From: Mobula birostris
Taxonomy: Eukaryota
DNA: 64,000 nt
NCBI RefSeq assembly: GCF_030028105.1
Contig: NC_092374.1
Span: 197,279,345 to 197,343,344 of the forward strand
Reading direction: 5' to 3'
The notes under the pieces are model-generated. The model saw only the letters and a program-made list of their open reading frames with translations, made no database searches and was not told where the DNA came from. Each line of letters starts with the position of its first letter. Positions within the stretch are counted from its first letter, which is position 1. A program made the translations under genes and the position numbers. Shown piece by piece: positions 27,188 to 40,173 of the stretch.

Positions 27188-27879
27188 TAATATCTCATCA
27201 TTATGTACTCGTCATTCCCTCCTACAATTTAAAGTAGTTTACAGGGCTTATATGACCAAGGATTTCGTTTTTATAGAGATATATCCCCCTACTGTGATAG
27301 GTGTAACAATGGAGAAGCTTCACTTATTCATATGTTTTGGACGTGCCCAAATCTTGGAAAACATTGGAAGGAAGTATTCCAAACTTTTTCTGTACTCTTT
27401 AAAATAATTTTTAAGCCTAATCCTTTGACTGCCCTGTTTGGTATTGTTGGAAGGAAAAATATCATTTTGAAAACATCTGATCTGCCCATTCTGGCTTTTA
27501 TCTCTCTCAAGGCTGGGAGGGTGTTTTTGTTCAAATGAAGGATGCTGTTCTGCCTCATCATGCTTAGCGGTTATGGGATGTTATGTCATGCCTAAATTTA
27601 GAAAAGATTCGTTGTTCAATTTCTGAATCTAACCAAGATTTTCAAAATTTGTGGGGGCCGTTTTTAAATTATTTTCATAATCATTGACTTCTCGTTAAAG
27701 TACAGAGGTTGGTTAATAGCATATTTTATTATCTGATAAGGTTTTTTTTCTTTTTTTTTTACCCAAACGGCTTCGACTTTGGTAGCGGGTGTAGTTCTTT
27801 TTTTTAATAAAATTCTAATATACAAATTAATCTAATCTATTTGAATACAGAGTATAAGTAATTGATTAGATTACATTAT

Positions 27880-28540
27880 GAAGACACACAGTCCTCTTTT
27901 ATTGTAATTTAGTAATGCATGCATTAAGAAAAGATACAATGTTCCTCCAGTGTGAAATAACAGAAACACAAGACAGACCAAGACTGAAAAACTGACAAAA
28001 CCACATAATTATAACACAGAGTTACAACAGTGCAAGCAATCCTGTAATTTGATAAAAACAGACCATGGGCACGGTAAAAAAATAGTCTCAAAGTCTCTCA
28101 AAAGTCCCAATCTCTCATGCAGACGGTTGAAGGGAGAAACTGTCCCTGCCATGAGCTTCCAGCGCCTCAAACTTGCCGATGCAGCACCCTGGAAGCACCC
28201 GACCACAGTCCGACTCTCAGTCTGTCCGAAAACTTCGAGCCTCCGACCAGCCCTCCGACACCGAGCACCGAGCACCATCTATGCCGAGCGCTTTGACCCC
28301 AGCCCTGGCCGCCAGCAACAGGCAAAGCCGAGGATTTGGGGCCTTCCCTCCGGAAATTCTCGATCGCACAGTAGCAGCGGCAGCGAACCGGGCATTTCAG
28401 AAATTTTCTCCAGATGTTCCTCTGTGCTTCTCACATCCGTCTCCATCAAATCAGGATTGTGCACGGCCCCCTATTTAACAAATACGATATAATTTCACCA
28501 GAGAGGCCGCACGCACTGCGTCGCATCACCATCTTCTCCT
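27880..28540 (-). mobile_element. Unclassified non-autonomous retroposon (GC-rich head, AATAAA tail)
   Basis: The minus strand starts near AGGAGAAGATGG and ends with AATAAAAGAGGACTG. It has no credible ORF. Confidence 0.45.
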
Positions 28541-28544
28541 AATT

Positions 28545-31500
28545 GATAAGGTATATATAGAGTGGTAAGAATTTACTTTAACAGTTAAGCCCTGAAGTAA
28601 AAGAATGGGAAATAGAAACGGTAAGTGTCAGCCCAGGGACTGAAGAGGGACGCCCAGAGGTGGGTGGTCCACCCGGGACCTCCAGCTAACCAAGGCTAAT
28701 GGACAAGAATATGCAAAGAAAGGCTAAAAATTATAAGAAGAGTCAACAACTCCTAGGTGACCCATTGGTTCCCCCAGGTTCACCTGCCAACAAGATTTGG
28801 TTGGAAACAGGGACAGCAGGTACTCTGGAACGCTCTCAAGTGATTTGTGGTGACTGGCCATACGGTGGGTCTTTCAGTCTGAGGAAAATTCAGTACTGGA
28901 AACACAAAACAGAAGTTGGGAAAGGGGATCGAAACTGGGATTTAGAATATATGATGTGGTGTAAACGTAAATGGGAAGAGGCATCAGCCACTTAAAGGTT
29001 AAAGCTGAGAAAGCAGAAAACCTGACCCCCCTCAGAAGGCTCTATATCTTCCTTATCCGGAACTCCCGATGACGTGGAAATAATAGAGACGGTGTGGGCC
29101 TACCTCAGTGTCGTGACCGCCAGCGGCAGAGGCAGCAACAGCTACTGCAAGGGGGGCCAGAATCAGAACAGGGGCAATGGTCAGAGCCACGTGACTCCAG
29201 AACAGATGCTTCAGCTTGGACAGAAGATGGCTCTGCTAGCAGAACTCGATCAAAAGAGGAAGACAAATGACCTGCCTACTCCACAAATCGGGGGTTGGGT
29301 CGGTATCCCAGGTTATGGTGGGAAATGTGCCCATATTAAAAACCCTGGACCCCAGCTGAGGTACGAAACATAACTGAAACCCGCAGAGTGCTACGAAAAC
29401 CAATGGCTCTCCACGACTGGTTGGTCCAGACCTGTCAAATTTTTAACCACTTGCCAGGAGAGATTCAGGCACCTTTAAAAGTAATGTATGGGACCTCGCG
29501 GCAGGGGGTAAGTAGTAGATTTCCGGAGATTTGCAAAGGACTACGAGGGGTCTGGGCCCCCCGGCAGGGCAAAAATGGGATGAGGATGATGGGAATCCCA
29601 CTGTGGAAAGAGACCAGTGGCTAGAAAAGGCAAAGGATGCTATTCTTGCAGGAGCTAGACTGCACAATGAAATTGGAGAAGTCACTAGCAACAGAAAAAA
29701 GAAGAGGTTATTACCAATTTTAATGCGAGATTTAAAGACACCTGGGAGTCCAGTGCGGGAATACCCCTGGCCGGGAATGGCCCGCTGGCTGTACTGACCC
29801 TCCTGAACTGTCTCCAGCCAGAGGTAACACACTCCTTTAAATTGACCAATTTAGAATGGCAGCATAAAGGATTTATTACATCTTCGGGGGAAACCTATAC
29901 AACATGCTTAAGAATTTGTTGCAAGCAGTGCAGTTGCCCAAGCTAATTGCTGCCATTCAGTACGAAGCTCACACTAATGCTTCAGACCCCAATGCCCCGG
30001 GTAATGCAGCCGCCGATACGGCTGCTAACAGGGCCGCCATGGATGAGAGAGCAATGCAAGCACACGTGCAAGTGCGATGCACTCCAATAGCTCCTACTCC
30101 CGCTTTTCAAATCTGGTTGTGGCTCAGGAAGGGGCTCCAGAAAACGCAGGAGAAATCTGGATCATAGGGATCCAGAAGGGGTATGGAGTCATTCTGAGAG
30201 CCACCCTGTATGTCTGAGAAATTTCCTACATGCCCTTGTACGAGTAAGCCACGGGAAAGGTCATGTAGGAAAATGGGGAATTATATATCAAGTACAGCTG
30301 TGGCTCGCACCAGTGGATTGACAACTTAGGCCAGGCAAGTGGAGAGAAGCTGTGAAATAACAGAGGAAAATCACCTGCTAAATTTGATCACTTGCCACTA
30401 GCTGAGGTGCCGTTTGCTAATTTACAGATAGATTTTGTACACATGCCTGCTACTGGGGGTTACCAGTACCTACTAGTAATCGTGGGTATGTTTTCCAAAT
30501 GGGTAGAAGCCTGTCCATCTAGGAAGGATGATACGGGAACTGTGGTAAAGACCTTGATGAAAGAGATCACTCCCAGGTTTGGGGTGCCATAGACATTTGA
30601 TAGTGACCGGGGGACTCACTTTACAATTAAACTAACCAAGGGATTGGGCCAAGCGTAAGGCTTTACTTGGGAGTATCATCTCCCATATCAGGCCCAGTCC
30701 TCAGAATTAGTAGAAAAAATGAATGGAGTATTAAAAGGTACATTAACTAAAGTATGCCAGAAAACTGGGCTAAAGTACTATGATTTTACATACTCTGAGG
30801 AATCAAGTGAATCGGAAATCTAAATTTGGGGCCTCCGTCGGTCAGAGTTGACCATGGGTATTGCGTCTTAGCGGTCTAGATACACAAGCCTGGGCTGTAC
30901 AATATGGAGGGCAACCTGTTGCCCATGTAGCAAGCTCTCCCTCTCCATGTATCAGATCAACACAAAGGTACGGCAGAGACCGATACAGTTTGGTGCTAGC
31001 GGTGTCGCAGGAGTTGCCGGTCAACATTGAACTCAATGCAGGACTACCTCAGGGACTCCAGCTCTGGATTTGTCCCTCAGGGTTTACGCCCAAAGCCTTC
31101 CCCATGAGCGGGTACAGCCACAAGGCAGCGGAGGTTTGAGATCAGAGCTTTTCTTCTAGATGAGCTGCCAACCACGACCAACGAGCACCATCTGCCCAAA
31201 GCGACTGGTTTTAAGGTGCCAGTAACCCACTTTTACCCTTCTTCTATCAGTAGAAACAGTTCTGCCGGGCTTAGTAGCTAAGCCACACGTGAAGGTCAGG
31301 AGTTGGACTTGGTTGTCAGAGGCTATTAGAGGCGCACGCCATTGGAAGCATTTTATAGGCAGTGGGAACTTGTTCCCATTATCACCCCTGGCTATAACAA
31401 CCATAAGGAGCCACAACTAAATTGTGGTTAAATTACGCCATTCTAAGTGTTAATGGGACAATGAAAGCCAGCCGGATCCTGATTATCTTTAACAAGTGCC

Positions 31501-33229
31501 CAAACCTCCCTTGTCTACACCGATGAGAAAAGTGTTGAAATTGTTAATTCTTGGGCAAAGCCACAAGATTGAATCAGGGGCAAGTGGCTGCTGAACTACC
31601 TCAGCCGGGAGAAGAAAATACTCGTCTCTCTAAGCCGGGAGACTATGTGTATGTGAAAATGCTTAAGAAAGGCTCTTTCTTCTAGGTGGAAGGAGCCCTA
31701 TCGGGTGATCCTGGTAACAAGAACTGCAGTGCAGGTGGAAGGGAAGCCCGACTGGATAGACGGAACCAAGTGCAGGTTTTCTTCTCCTGAGGAAAAGAAG
31801 ATGAAAGTCTGACTCAAGAAAGCTTCGTTGTTGACATTCAGACTGTTGAGTGTATTAAATTGGGAACAGCTTATAATACTTACCTAAACTTAGATTATGA
31901 ATATCCTAGTTGGAGTAATGTGCCTAGTTGGGTGTGGATGGCCATACGCACCCATGCTGGGTTAGGAGATAAGGGATATAAGAAGGTGCTGCAAGTTTTG
32001 GATACCACAATGTGGGGCTATAACTACTCTATACATGGCCCCAGATGGGCACAGTCAGGGGGATGGATTGTTTGTGATCTGGGGAAGAAAGGCACGAGGA
32101 ATACTACTGATATGGGTGGAAAGTTCTTTAATACTGTCTGGAATTGGGCTAACAAGGATACACGGAATTCTTATTTCTCCTGTTAACCGAACACAACCCA
32201 TCCCCCTAGACTTACGATGTACAAAACACAGGGTAGCGCCTGTTGGTGCAAGGAGAAGGGAACGCGGGTGGCAGGGAGAAGTGAGTGCGACACCAACAAA
32301 ACTGATTGGACCTGCTCTGCTCCCACTACAACGACCGCTCCTCCCTCGCCAAACAACACCTAGCGGATATGCCGAAGAGGAGAATATCCCTGGTTGCCCG
32401 TTGACTGGTGTGGGTGCTGTATCCAGGGTACGTAGTACCAATTATTCGATTGATAACTCAGCTAGAAGAGCATCCTCCTAGAAGGAGAGTGTGAAACAAA
32501 TACGCAAGTTAGGAGAGGAATTCCATGACTATAATCCTCCTGACAACAGTGGTGCAATACAGACTGATACTGGTATTGAACGTGTGTCCCAGCCTGAACC
32601 CACAGGGATGTTTCCAAAGGTGAAGTTGGAATCCTTTGATCCTGAGTATGAAGATGCTTGTTTAAACATACTGCCTCTGCCCCCAGATTTTGAAGCCCTT
32701 TATCCGGAAGCAGTGAAGCTGATCGGGCGATCAGTCAGGAGGGAACTGTGGCAGACAGTGAAACCTGAGGGCGAAGGGTCGACCGAATCATGGGGGTAGT
32801 GTGATACAAAGTAGAATGGGTCTGTCTTACCTGCACTAACTAAAAACGGATCTTGTGGTTAGTGGGCAGCCGCTGACCTTCTGCCTGGAAGGCCTCAGGA
32901 CTAACGGTTTGTTTCCGTGGTTAATGTGGAACTGGCTGTGTACGTGGGAATCCCAGGTCTAATTTTGTGTAAGGTACGGGAAATCTGCTGATACCTAACA
33001 GGTCTGAATGAGAGCTGTGACCTCTGCAAACTGCTGAATTCCACGTACCCTAATGTATAGAAGACCATGCTTATACTTGCTTCGGCAGAGCCGTAGACCT
33101 TGTAAGGGACAGCTCTCCGTGATCACGTAATGAAGTAATTAAACCGAATACCGGGGTCTGAGTCTTTGTTAAAGTCTGACTGGCGGCTGCAGTTTCCTCT
33201 GACGACTCTCAATCGGCAGTGTTTTTTCA
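28545..33229 (+). mobile_element. Degraded endogenous retrovirus (gag, RNase H, integrase and env remnants, probable 3' LTR)
   Basis: gag start MGN at 28605; RNase H GNAAADTAA; integrase PFANLQIDFVHMP, RFGVP, DSDRGTHF and a GPY-like motif. Env-like YPWLPVDWCGC follows, then a purine tract and a TG...CA segment at about 32800-33229 with ATTAAA. Confidence 0.85.
30827..31416 (-). mobile_element. RTE-type non-coding insertion splitting the ERV integrase
   Basis: The integrase resumes after the insert, with a 7-bp TSD CTAAATT. Family assignment is by resemblance only. Confidence 0.55.
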
Positions 33230-33694
33230 CTTTTAAGGTAGGACATACCTGGACATCTTGTACAGTTCTGGGTCGCTGGTCTTGAACGCCACAGATCTAG
33301 CCCTCAGCAGATGACAAATCTCCTGGTTCACCCCGGTTAAGGTGTCGCCATTAAGGGGGCGACTGTGTGCAGCTCCAATGGAAAGCAGCAAGTATTCCCA
33401 TTTAGGACTACTGCAGCTGAAATCTGCTTCACCTCACCGCCTTTTGAAACACATTCTATTACCACAGATAATTGGACCCAAACTCAATTGATAACCAGTC
33501 AGATCGATAACTGTGTTTGTGACATTGCATGACAAAGACTTTTCTCACCCTGGACATTCCCAATTTTCCTCCCTCCCATCAGGAATAAGACACAAAAGCC
33601 TGAAAACATGTACCACTCAAGGACAGATTATATCCCACTATTTAAGACAATTGAACATCCCCAATGAACTCTTAACCTCACAATCTGGCCTATA

Positions 33695-34860
33695 ATTTCC
33701 TTTCTTTTGCCTTCCTTCCTTCTTAAAGAGTGGAGTGACATTTGCAATCTTCCAGTCCTCCAGGACCATGCCAGAATCAAGTGATTCTTGAAAGATCACG
33801 ACCGATGCATCCGTTATCTCTTCAGCAACCTCTCTCAGGACTCTGGGGTGTAGTCCATCTCATCCAGGTGATTTATCATAGAAACATAGAAAACCTATAG
33901 CACGATACAGGCCCTTCAGCCCACAAAGCTGTGCCGTACATGTCCTTACCTGAGAAATTACCTAGGGTTACCCATAGCTCTCTATTTTTCTGAGCTCCGT
34001 ATACCTCTTAAAAGATCCTATCATATCCGCCTCCACCACTGTCGCCATTCCATACACTCACCACCCTCTTCCTAAAAAAGTTACACCTGACATCTCCTCT
34101 GTACCTACTTCCAAGCACCTTAAAAACTGTGCCTTCTCGTGCTAGCCATTTCAGCCCTGGGAAAAAGCCTCAGACTATCCACATGATCAATGCCTCAAAG
34201 ACCTGTGAGTTTACCTGGCACTTTTACCTTTATAATAACAATGGCACTCATTCTTGCTCCCTGACACTCACGGACCTCTGGCACGCTGCTAGTGTCTTCC
34301 ACAGTGAAGATTGATGCAAAGTACCCATTAAGTTCATCTGCCATTTCTTTGTCCCCCATTACTACCTCACCAGTATCATTTTCCAGTGGTCCAGTATCAA
34401 CTCTCACCTCCCTTTTACTCTTGATAATACTGAAAAATCTTTTAGTATCCTGCTTTACATTATTGGCTCGTTTGCTTTCATATTTAATCTTTTCCCTTCT
34501 AATAGCTTTTTTTAGTTACCTGGTGTTGGATTTTAAAAGCTTCCCAAGCATCCAACTTCGCACTCACTTTTGCTACCTTATATGCCCTTTCCTTGGTTTT
34601 TATGCCATCCTTAACTTCCCTTGTCAGCCACTGTTGTCTAGCTCTGCCATTTCAAAACTTCCTCTGTGGGACAGTCTATCCTGTGCCTTGTGAACTATTC
34701 CCAGAAACTTCAGCCATCTCTGCTCTGCCATTATCCTCCCCAGTATCCTCCTCCAATCCACCTGGACACTCCCATGCCTCTGTAATTCCCTCTATTCCAC
34801 TGTGATCCTGATCCTGATATATGTGAGTTATGCTTCTCCCTCTCAAATTGCAGTATCCAG
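33695..34860 (-). mobile_element. CR1 LINE fragment with nested CR1 3' end (about 33877-34197)
   Basis: GPLENDTGEVVMGDKEMADELNGYFASIFT, plus a nested tail CATAGAAACATAGAAA. Confidence 0.8.
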
Positions 34861-36104
34861 ACAACACAACTAAAGCTGAAGAACTTAAGGTGACTGGAAA
34901 TATAAATTTTTGTATAGCCAATATATTCTTGGCAGCCAAGCTATATCAAATCAAATCAAGTGTATTTGTCATTCGATTGTCATGGATATAGCGGAACGAG
35001 ACAGCGTTCCCCTGGGACCAAGGTGCAAAAACATACACATGCATTCAAAACAACGAGAAAGGAGGGAAAAAGAACATAGTCAAGTAAGAAAACAAATTAT
35101 TGGTCCCAGTTCCTGAGTGCAAATTGATGGTTCCCAGCTGTACAGCGTCATGCTCGTGAACACTGGACCTGTCAAGTCCAACAAGACACCTATGTGTTGG
35201 GTTAACACAGAGCACTGGAGTAACCCAGCAAGTCAGGCAGCATCTATGGAGGGGAACTCAGGCTGTCCTGTAACTAGTTACTTAGGGTTATGTCAGTACC
35301 CCTGACCAGGGTTACCTCAGTGTTTTGGAGTAGATGGAATAATTTAAATAAGAAAAAAAAACACACTTATTTCAGAAAATCTTGTAGAAATGAATCAGGA
35401 GTGTTTTGCTGCACTTTGATCACAGTTCTGAACTCAGAATCAGAATCGGGTTTACCATCACCGGCATATGTCGTGAAATTTGTTAACTTTGCGGCAGCAA
35501 CTTTGCAATACATGAGAAAAAAATAATTACAGTAAGTGTGTATGTTAGAGGGGAAGAAGCTGTTCCTGAATTTTAAATATAGCTGACAATATATTAGGAA
35601 TTTTCCTCTAATATCAAACAAATGTGCAGTTTGAAATTGTCCTAGTAACCGGTATTTAGGATATATTAATGTCATTTAAGGTCATTCAAATGGCTGAGCG
35701 CTTTGACGATGTCATTTGATCTCATGGCCAGGTTTGTGAATTCATACTGGCCAACGACCGACAAAAACCGTTTGTAATAAAACCGCAACCCTCATTTGCA
35801 TAGAGGGATTGAAAATACACCCTCGGGTTACAGCCAATCAAAAGACAGCATTTTAACCAATGGGCTTAAAGCATACCGATGACGATCCTCTGCCATACTC
35901 ACAGCGACACACCGGGCTAATCGGAGAAAACAAAAGGTGGTTTGCATTAAGACCTCATTGGAAGATGGTCTAGGTTTAACAAAATACAGAAACAGCAAAA
36001 ATAATCAATTCGCACGTGTTAGTTTATTATTTGGCGTCCTTCCGCGCCTTGTCTTTTTATTTTGTTGAGGCTACGGTGCACCTAATTCTGTAACAAGTCT
36101 TCTT

Positions 36105-36296
36105 ATCCCTTCCCCTCCTGTCTTCTCCTATCATTTTGGATCTCCCCCTCCCCCCCCCCAAATTTCAAATCCCTTACTCACTCTTCCTTCAGTTAGTCCT
36201 GACGAAGGGTCTCGGCCTGAAACGTCGACTGTACCTCTTCCTAGAGATGCTGCCTGGCCTGCTGCGTTCACCAGCAACTTTGATGTGTGTTGCTTC
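36105..36296 (+). mobile_element. Penelope pLTR fragment
   Basis: Nearly identical to 26150-26337. Confidence 0.85.
36195..36230 (+). ncRNA. Minimal type I hammerhead ribozyme motif
   Basis: AGTC / CTGACGA / AGGGTCTCGGCCT / GAAA / CGTC / GACT corresponds to stem I, core, stem II, core, palindromic minimal stem III and a GUC cleavage triplet. Confidence 0.7.
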
Positions 36297-38755
36297 TTTC
36301 CAGGATTTTTTTTAAATAGACGGAAAACCGGTAACCCTATTCCAGTACCTTTAGTCCGACTGAATTTAGAATGTTGCTTGGGCACAATTGGCTTTTTATT
36401 TGAAATCTCAAATTTATCTCTGCAATGTTGAAACACCATAGTTTAGCCTGGGAATGCCTATCAACCGGGTTTAGATTTGATCGTAACAATAAACACATAA
36501 AATAAATCTGTCTAAACCTATAGGTTTTAAACAACTTTTATTCCATTCTTGGCTCAGAAAATATTCTTCAGAAACTAGCCAAACGATCTTTTAACTGTGG
36601 GCAACGTGCACAAAGTGCTGGCGGAACTCAGCAGGTAAGGCAGCAACTATGGAAATAAATAAACAGTGAAGACCCTTCACCGTGAACCACTTTAGAATTA
36701 TAGTGGTTTTTGTAGTACAAACTGTAAAATTACGAGGCGATATGTGTAGCCATTCTGAGAATCATGGCCTTTCACAGTTTTGTCTAATCAACGCATTAAT
36801 AAAATACTTCAGATGCACGAAGTTGAATTAAGAGTCCATCATATCCGACAATGACAGGAAACCAGTGCGGGAGAGTTTTTATATCAGAATCAGGTTTATT
36901 ATCACTGGCATGCGACGTGAAATTTGTTAATTTAGCAGGAGCAGTTCAATGCAATACATAATCTAGCAGAGAGAGAAAAAATAATAAACAAGTAAATCAA
37001 TTACGTATATTGAATAAATTTTTTAAAAAATGCAAAACCAGAAATACTGTATATTTTAAAAAGTGAGGTAGTGTCCAAAGCTTCAATGTCCATTTAGGAA
37101 TCGGATGGCAGAGGGGAAGAAGCTGTTGCTGAATCACTGAGTGTGTGCCTTCAGGCTTCTGTACCTCCTACCTGATGGTAACAGTGAGAAAAGGGCATAT
37201 CCTGGGTGCTGGAGGTCCTTAATAATGAACGCTGCCTTTCTGAGACCTTTGAAGTTTGGTTCCTGTGGTACCAAGAAGAGTCACAAACTTGGTTGCAGTC
37301 GAAGACAATGACGTCTTCTGTGCCTAGTCATGCTCCTCTTTCTCCACGAAACGATGCACTGCCGCTTTCCTGGCCGTCGGATCGCACTGTAGATCTTACC
37401 CACCCAGTTCGCCGGAGCTGGGAGAGGTCTGCCACTTTTTCACTGGGTACGAGACCATCGGATATCCTCGCCTGGTTTAGCTCGCCTGTCGAAGCGGTAT
37501 ACCGGGGTGCAAACAGGTGCTTGGCGCTTCAGGTGAGAGCTGAGTGACCGGCGGGGACCAAACGTGAGTGAGCTGCCCCGGAATGGACACAGCAGGCCCC
37601 TGCACCAGAGGCGTTACCTTTCGATGGACAACCCATACGCCACAAAATAAAGAGTACGTGCATTCAGGTTTGATCTTATTTCCAATCTGAGGAATCTGGT
37701 CACAAAACCGTTAATTTGAGTGTATTTTCATTTAATTAATTAATTTATTGAACGATTCTAATGACTTCGGAGCTTGCAACTTTATAACTTCTTAACACTA
37801 ACTTTAACCAATGCCTAACTTAACTTTAATTCCAAATCCAGCTATTATATTTCCCCATCTTCTAACCTTCATAGCCCGGCCTCACACATTAACCTTGCAT
37901 TCTAATCTTTGACCTTAACTCAACTCCTAATCGCATGACGTCAAAAGCGCAGTGCAGGAGCAATGGTGGTTACATTTCAGTTCTGTGTTTCACTCGTGAT
38001 TTATTTCACAAATGTATTTGTCATATCGATCTTCCTAAATTTAAGGGTGGGGTTGCGCATTAAACAGTGCAGCGAACTGTGAAAAATAAAGTTATAGATC
38101 GTGTTTTAAGGCCAGAAATCTGCCAAGGCAAAACCCACGTTAGCAATAATTGATTTGCCCAGTTGTTTTCATTTCAAACGATCCTCTCAGCCTGTTAAAC
38201 AAATTTAAAAGCTATCGTAGATGTAAAAACTAGCGTGATGTAATTTTTAGGCGAGGAAGAATGCGTTGTTGGACAGAAAATAGACGGGGATAAATAAAAA
38301 TCAGAACCACGATGTGTTAAATTTCATCCCTAAAACCCTAAGGTTCGTTATTTTCCTATTGAGAGTCATTTAAAAACGTTAAGTGGATGTCGTTCAAAGT
38401 GAGTCGGAATAAATATATAACGAAGTTACGCGTTTTACTTGAACATTATTTTGAGCTTAAACAAATCATAGCTGGAAAGCAACTCAGCACACACAAAATG
38501 CTGGAGGAACTTAGCAGGCAAGGCAGCATCTATGGAAAAAAGTACAGTCGACCGGCATCTGCGGATTTTCTCTTGTTTGAAAGTGCATGTCGTTTGTTTA
38601 CCACAAATGTTTCCGAACTATAGCGTTGCCGAGTCCTTTGACACCCCTCCCCACCCCGCCGTTCACGTTCTTCAACCAGGTCCGGAAGATTGATATCAAA
38701 TCGAGACGGTGTGATGTGCTGTTTTTTTTTTGCAGAATTCAGTTACTTTATTTGT

Positions 38756-39060
38756 ATGACTGTAAGAGGCAAAGATGCTACCGTAAAGTTGTTGAATTAC
38801 CTACTCATCTGCGTCTGGCTTGCCGCGAGGGAATTAGATATATTTCTGACCTTATATATGAGGAAACGTGGTTTCTTGAAAGTTTTATTTTCGAAAATGT
38901 TTTTAGGGGTTCAGTTACCTCCACCGAACATGCCAAATGCAGAACAGTCATTGCAATGCTTGTGTCTGCTTTAAAGTTTAGGCAAAGGCGTTTGGTAGTT
39001 AAAATAACAAATAAAGCAAGAATGCCATTCGTAGAAAGGGTCTTTTTTTTTCAAGAGCTG
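38756..39060 (+). pseudogene. H4: Histone H4 pseudogene
   Basis: MTVRGKD start, then a frameshift to RLACREGIRYISDLIYEET...ENVFRGSVTSTEHAKCRTVIAM. Upstream are a GC box and an H4-type TCAACCAGGTCC element; a degenerate stem-loop is at about 39038-39058. Confidence 0.85.
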
Positions 39061-40173
39061 AGTTCGAGTTAACATGCGTACCTTGTAAATTATGCCGCCC
39101 GGCGGTATAGTGGCATCATCACTGGACTTTTCGGCGTATGAACTTGGAATCCGGCCGCTCCTTGACTGCTTTCCATCCGAGTAGTTGCCACCTTAATCGG
39201 AAGTGCGTGATCCATCTTTGTTTCTAGTGTCCCTACTGTCGTCGAAAAGGCTGTATTGATCACGTGCTTCAGAAGTTCTTACTGACAGCAGCAGGTATTT
39301 TCAACATGTCCATCTGGGGATGAAGGTGGATACTTTGTCGAAAACTTGAGAACCATTGGAATGAAAGGCTGTGATTTGTGCGTATAATGTCCACACCACA
39401 GTTGCTATTGGACTTAAATGAATCTTCAACTCATCAGGTTAATTTAGGACTTTTCGGTTAAAAGGGTAGTTGCCATGCCCGAGCTAAGATGTGGAACTCT
39501 CCAATCGCGAGGGAATCACAAGAGTTGAGAGATTCGCCCTAGTTCAGGCCGTTGTGACCTCTTATAGCGTCCATTAGTAAAATATTGATTGGGGGTGGTG
39601 GTCTTATTATGAAAACAGCAAAATATCTTTGGTTGCGGCAGGATCCTCCGATTTACTCAGCTTTCATGTCGCAAAGTTGGTGTGTTACTGAGGCTATGCT
39701 TAGCAGGAGATTTCCCGGTTGCATACGATTTTAAAACAATAGGTCCCTGTGGAATATGAGTCTCAACTCTTCCTCTGCAAGTCTGAGGCTTAACAGGAGA
39801 CGAAGTATCGAAAAGGTGCGACATTCTAACCGGGAAAATGGGAGGAGCCTATTCCTTTGAGGTGTCACAGCGCAATGATGGAGTGTTAGGAAAGACACCA
39901 GAGCGTTTCTAAACTCCAAATCATGGCTTAGTCGACTAATTGTGCAGGGTGGGAAGTGTACGACAGGCGCGGCTTTCTGAGTGCTCGATTTTGAGCTGAA
40001 CGCGAGCCACTTTCGGAGAGGAAAAAGCACAACCGCGCCGCTTCGGGCTGTACCGGGAGGCCGGTTGTGTCTACCGCGTCCGCGCCGCCGCTTTAACCGC
40101 CGCCCCGCCGGGGCGGTGCCGTCATTGGAGCCGCAGCTGCGGGGCGGAAGCAACGCGAGTGGGCGGCTACTGA

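Larger units (their letters stand above)
25500..27860 (+). mobile_element. L1-clade LINE ORF2 3' part, degraded, interrupted by two Penelope insertions
   Basis: FYYWAANIR, LLQFKVVYRAY and the C-terminal CCHC region CDRC..IHMFWTCP. AATAAA is near 27806. Confidence 0.8.

Noticed and set aside
39095-39185. tRNA-like sequence
   Set aside because: A-box-like start, but no complete cloverleaf; most likely a decayed SINE head.
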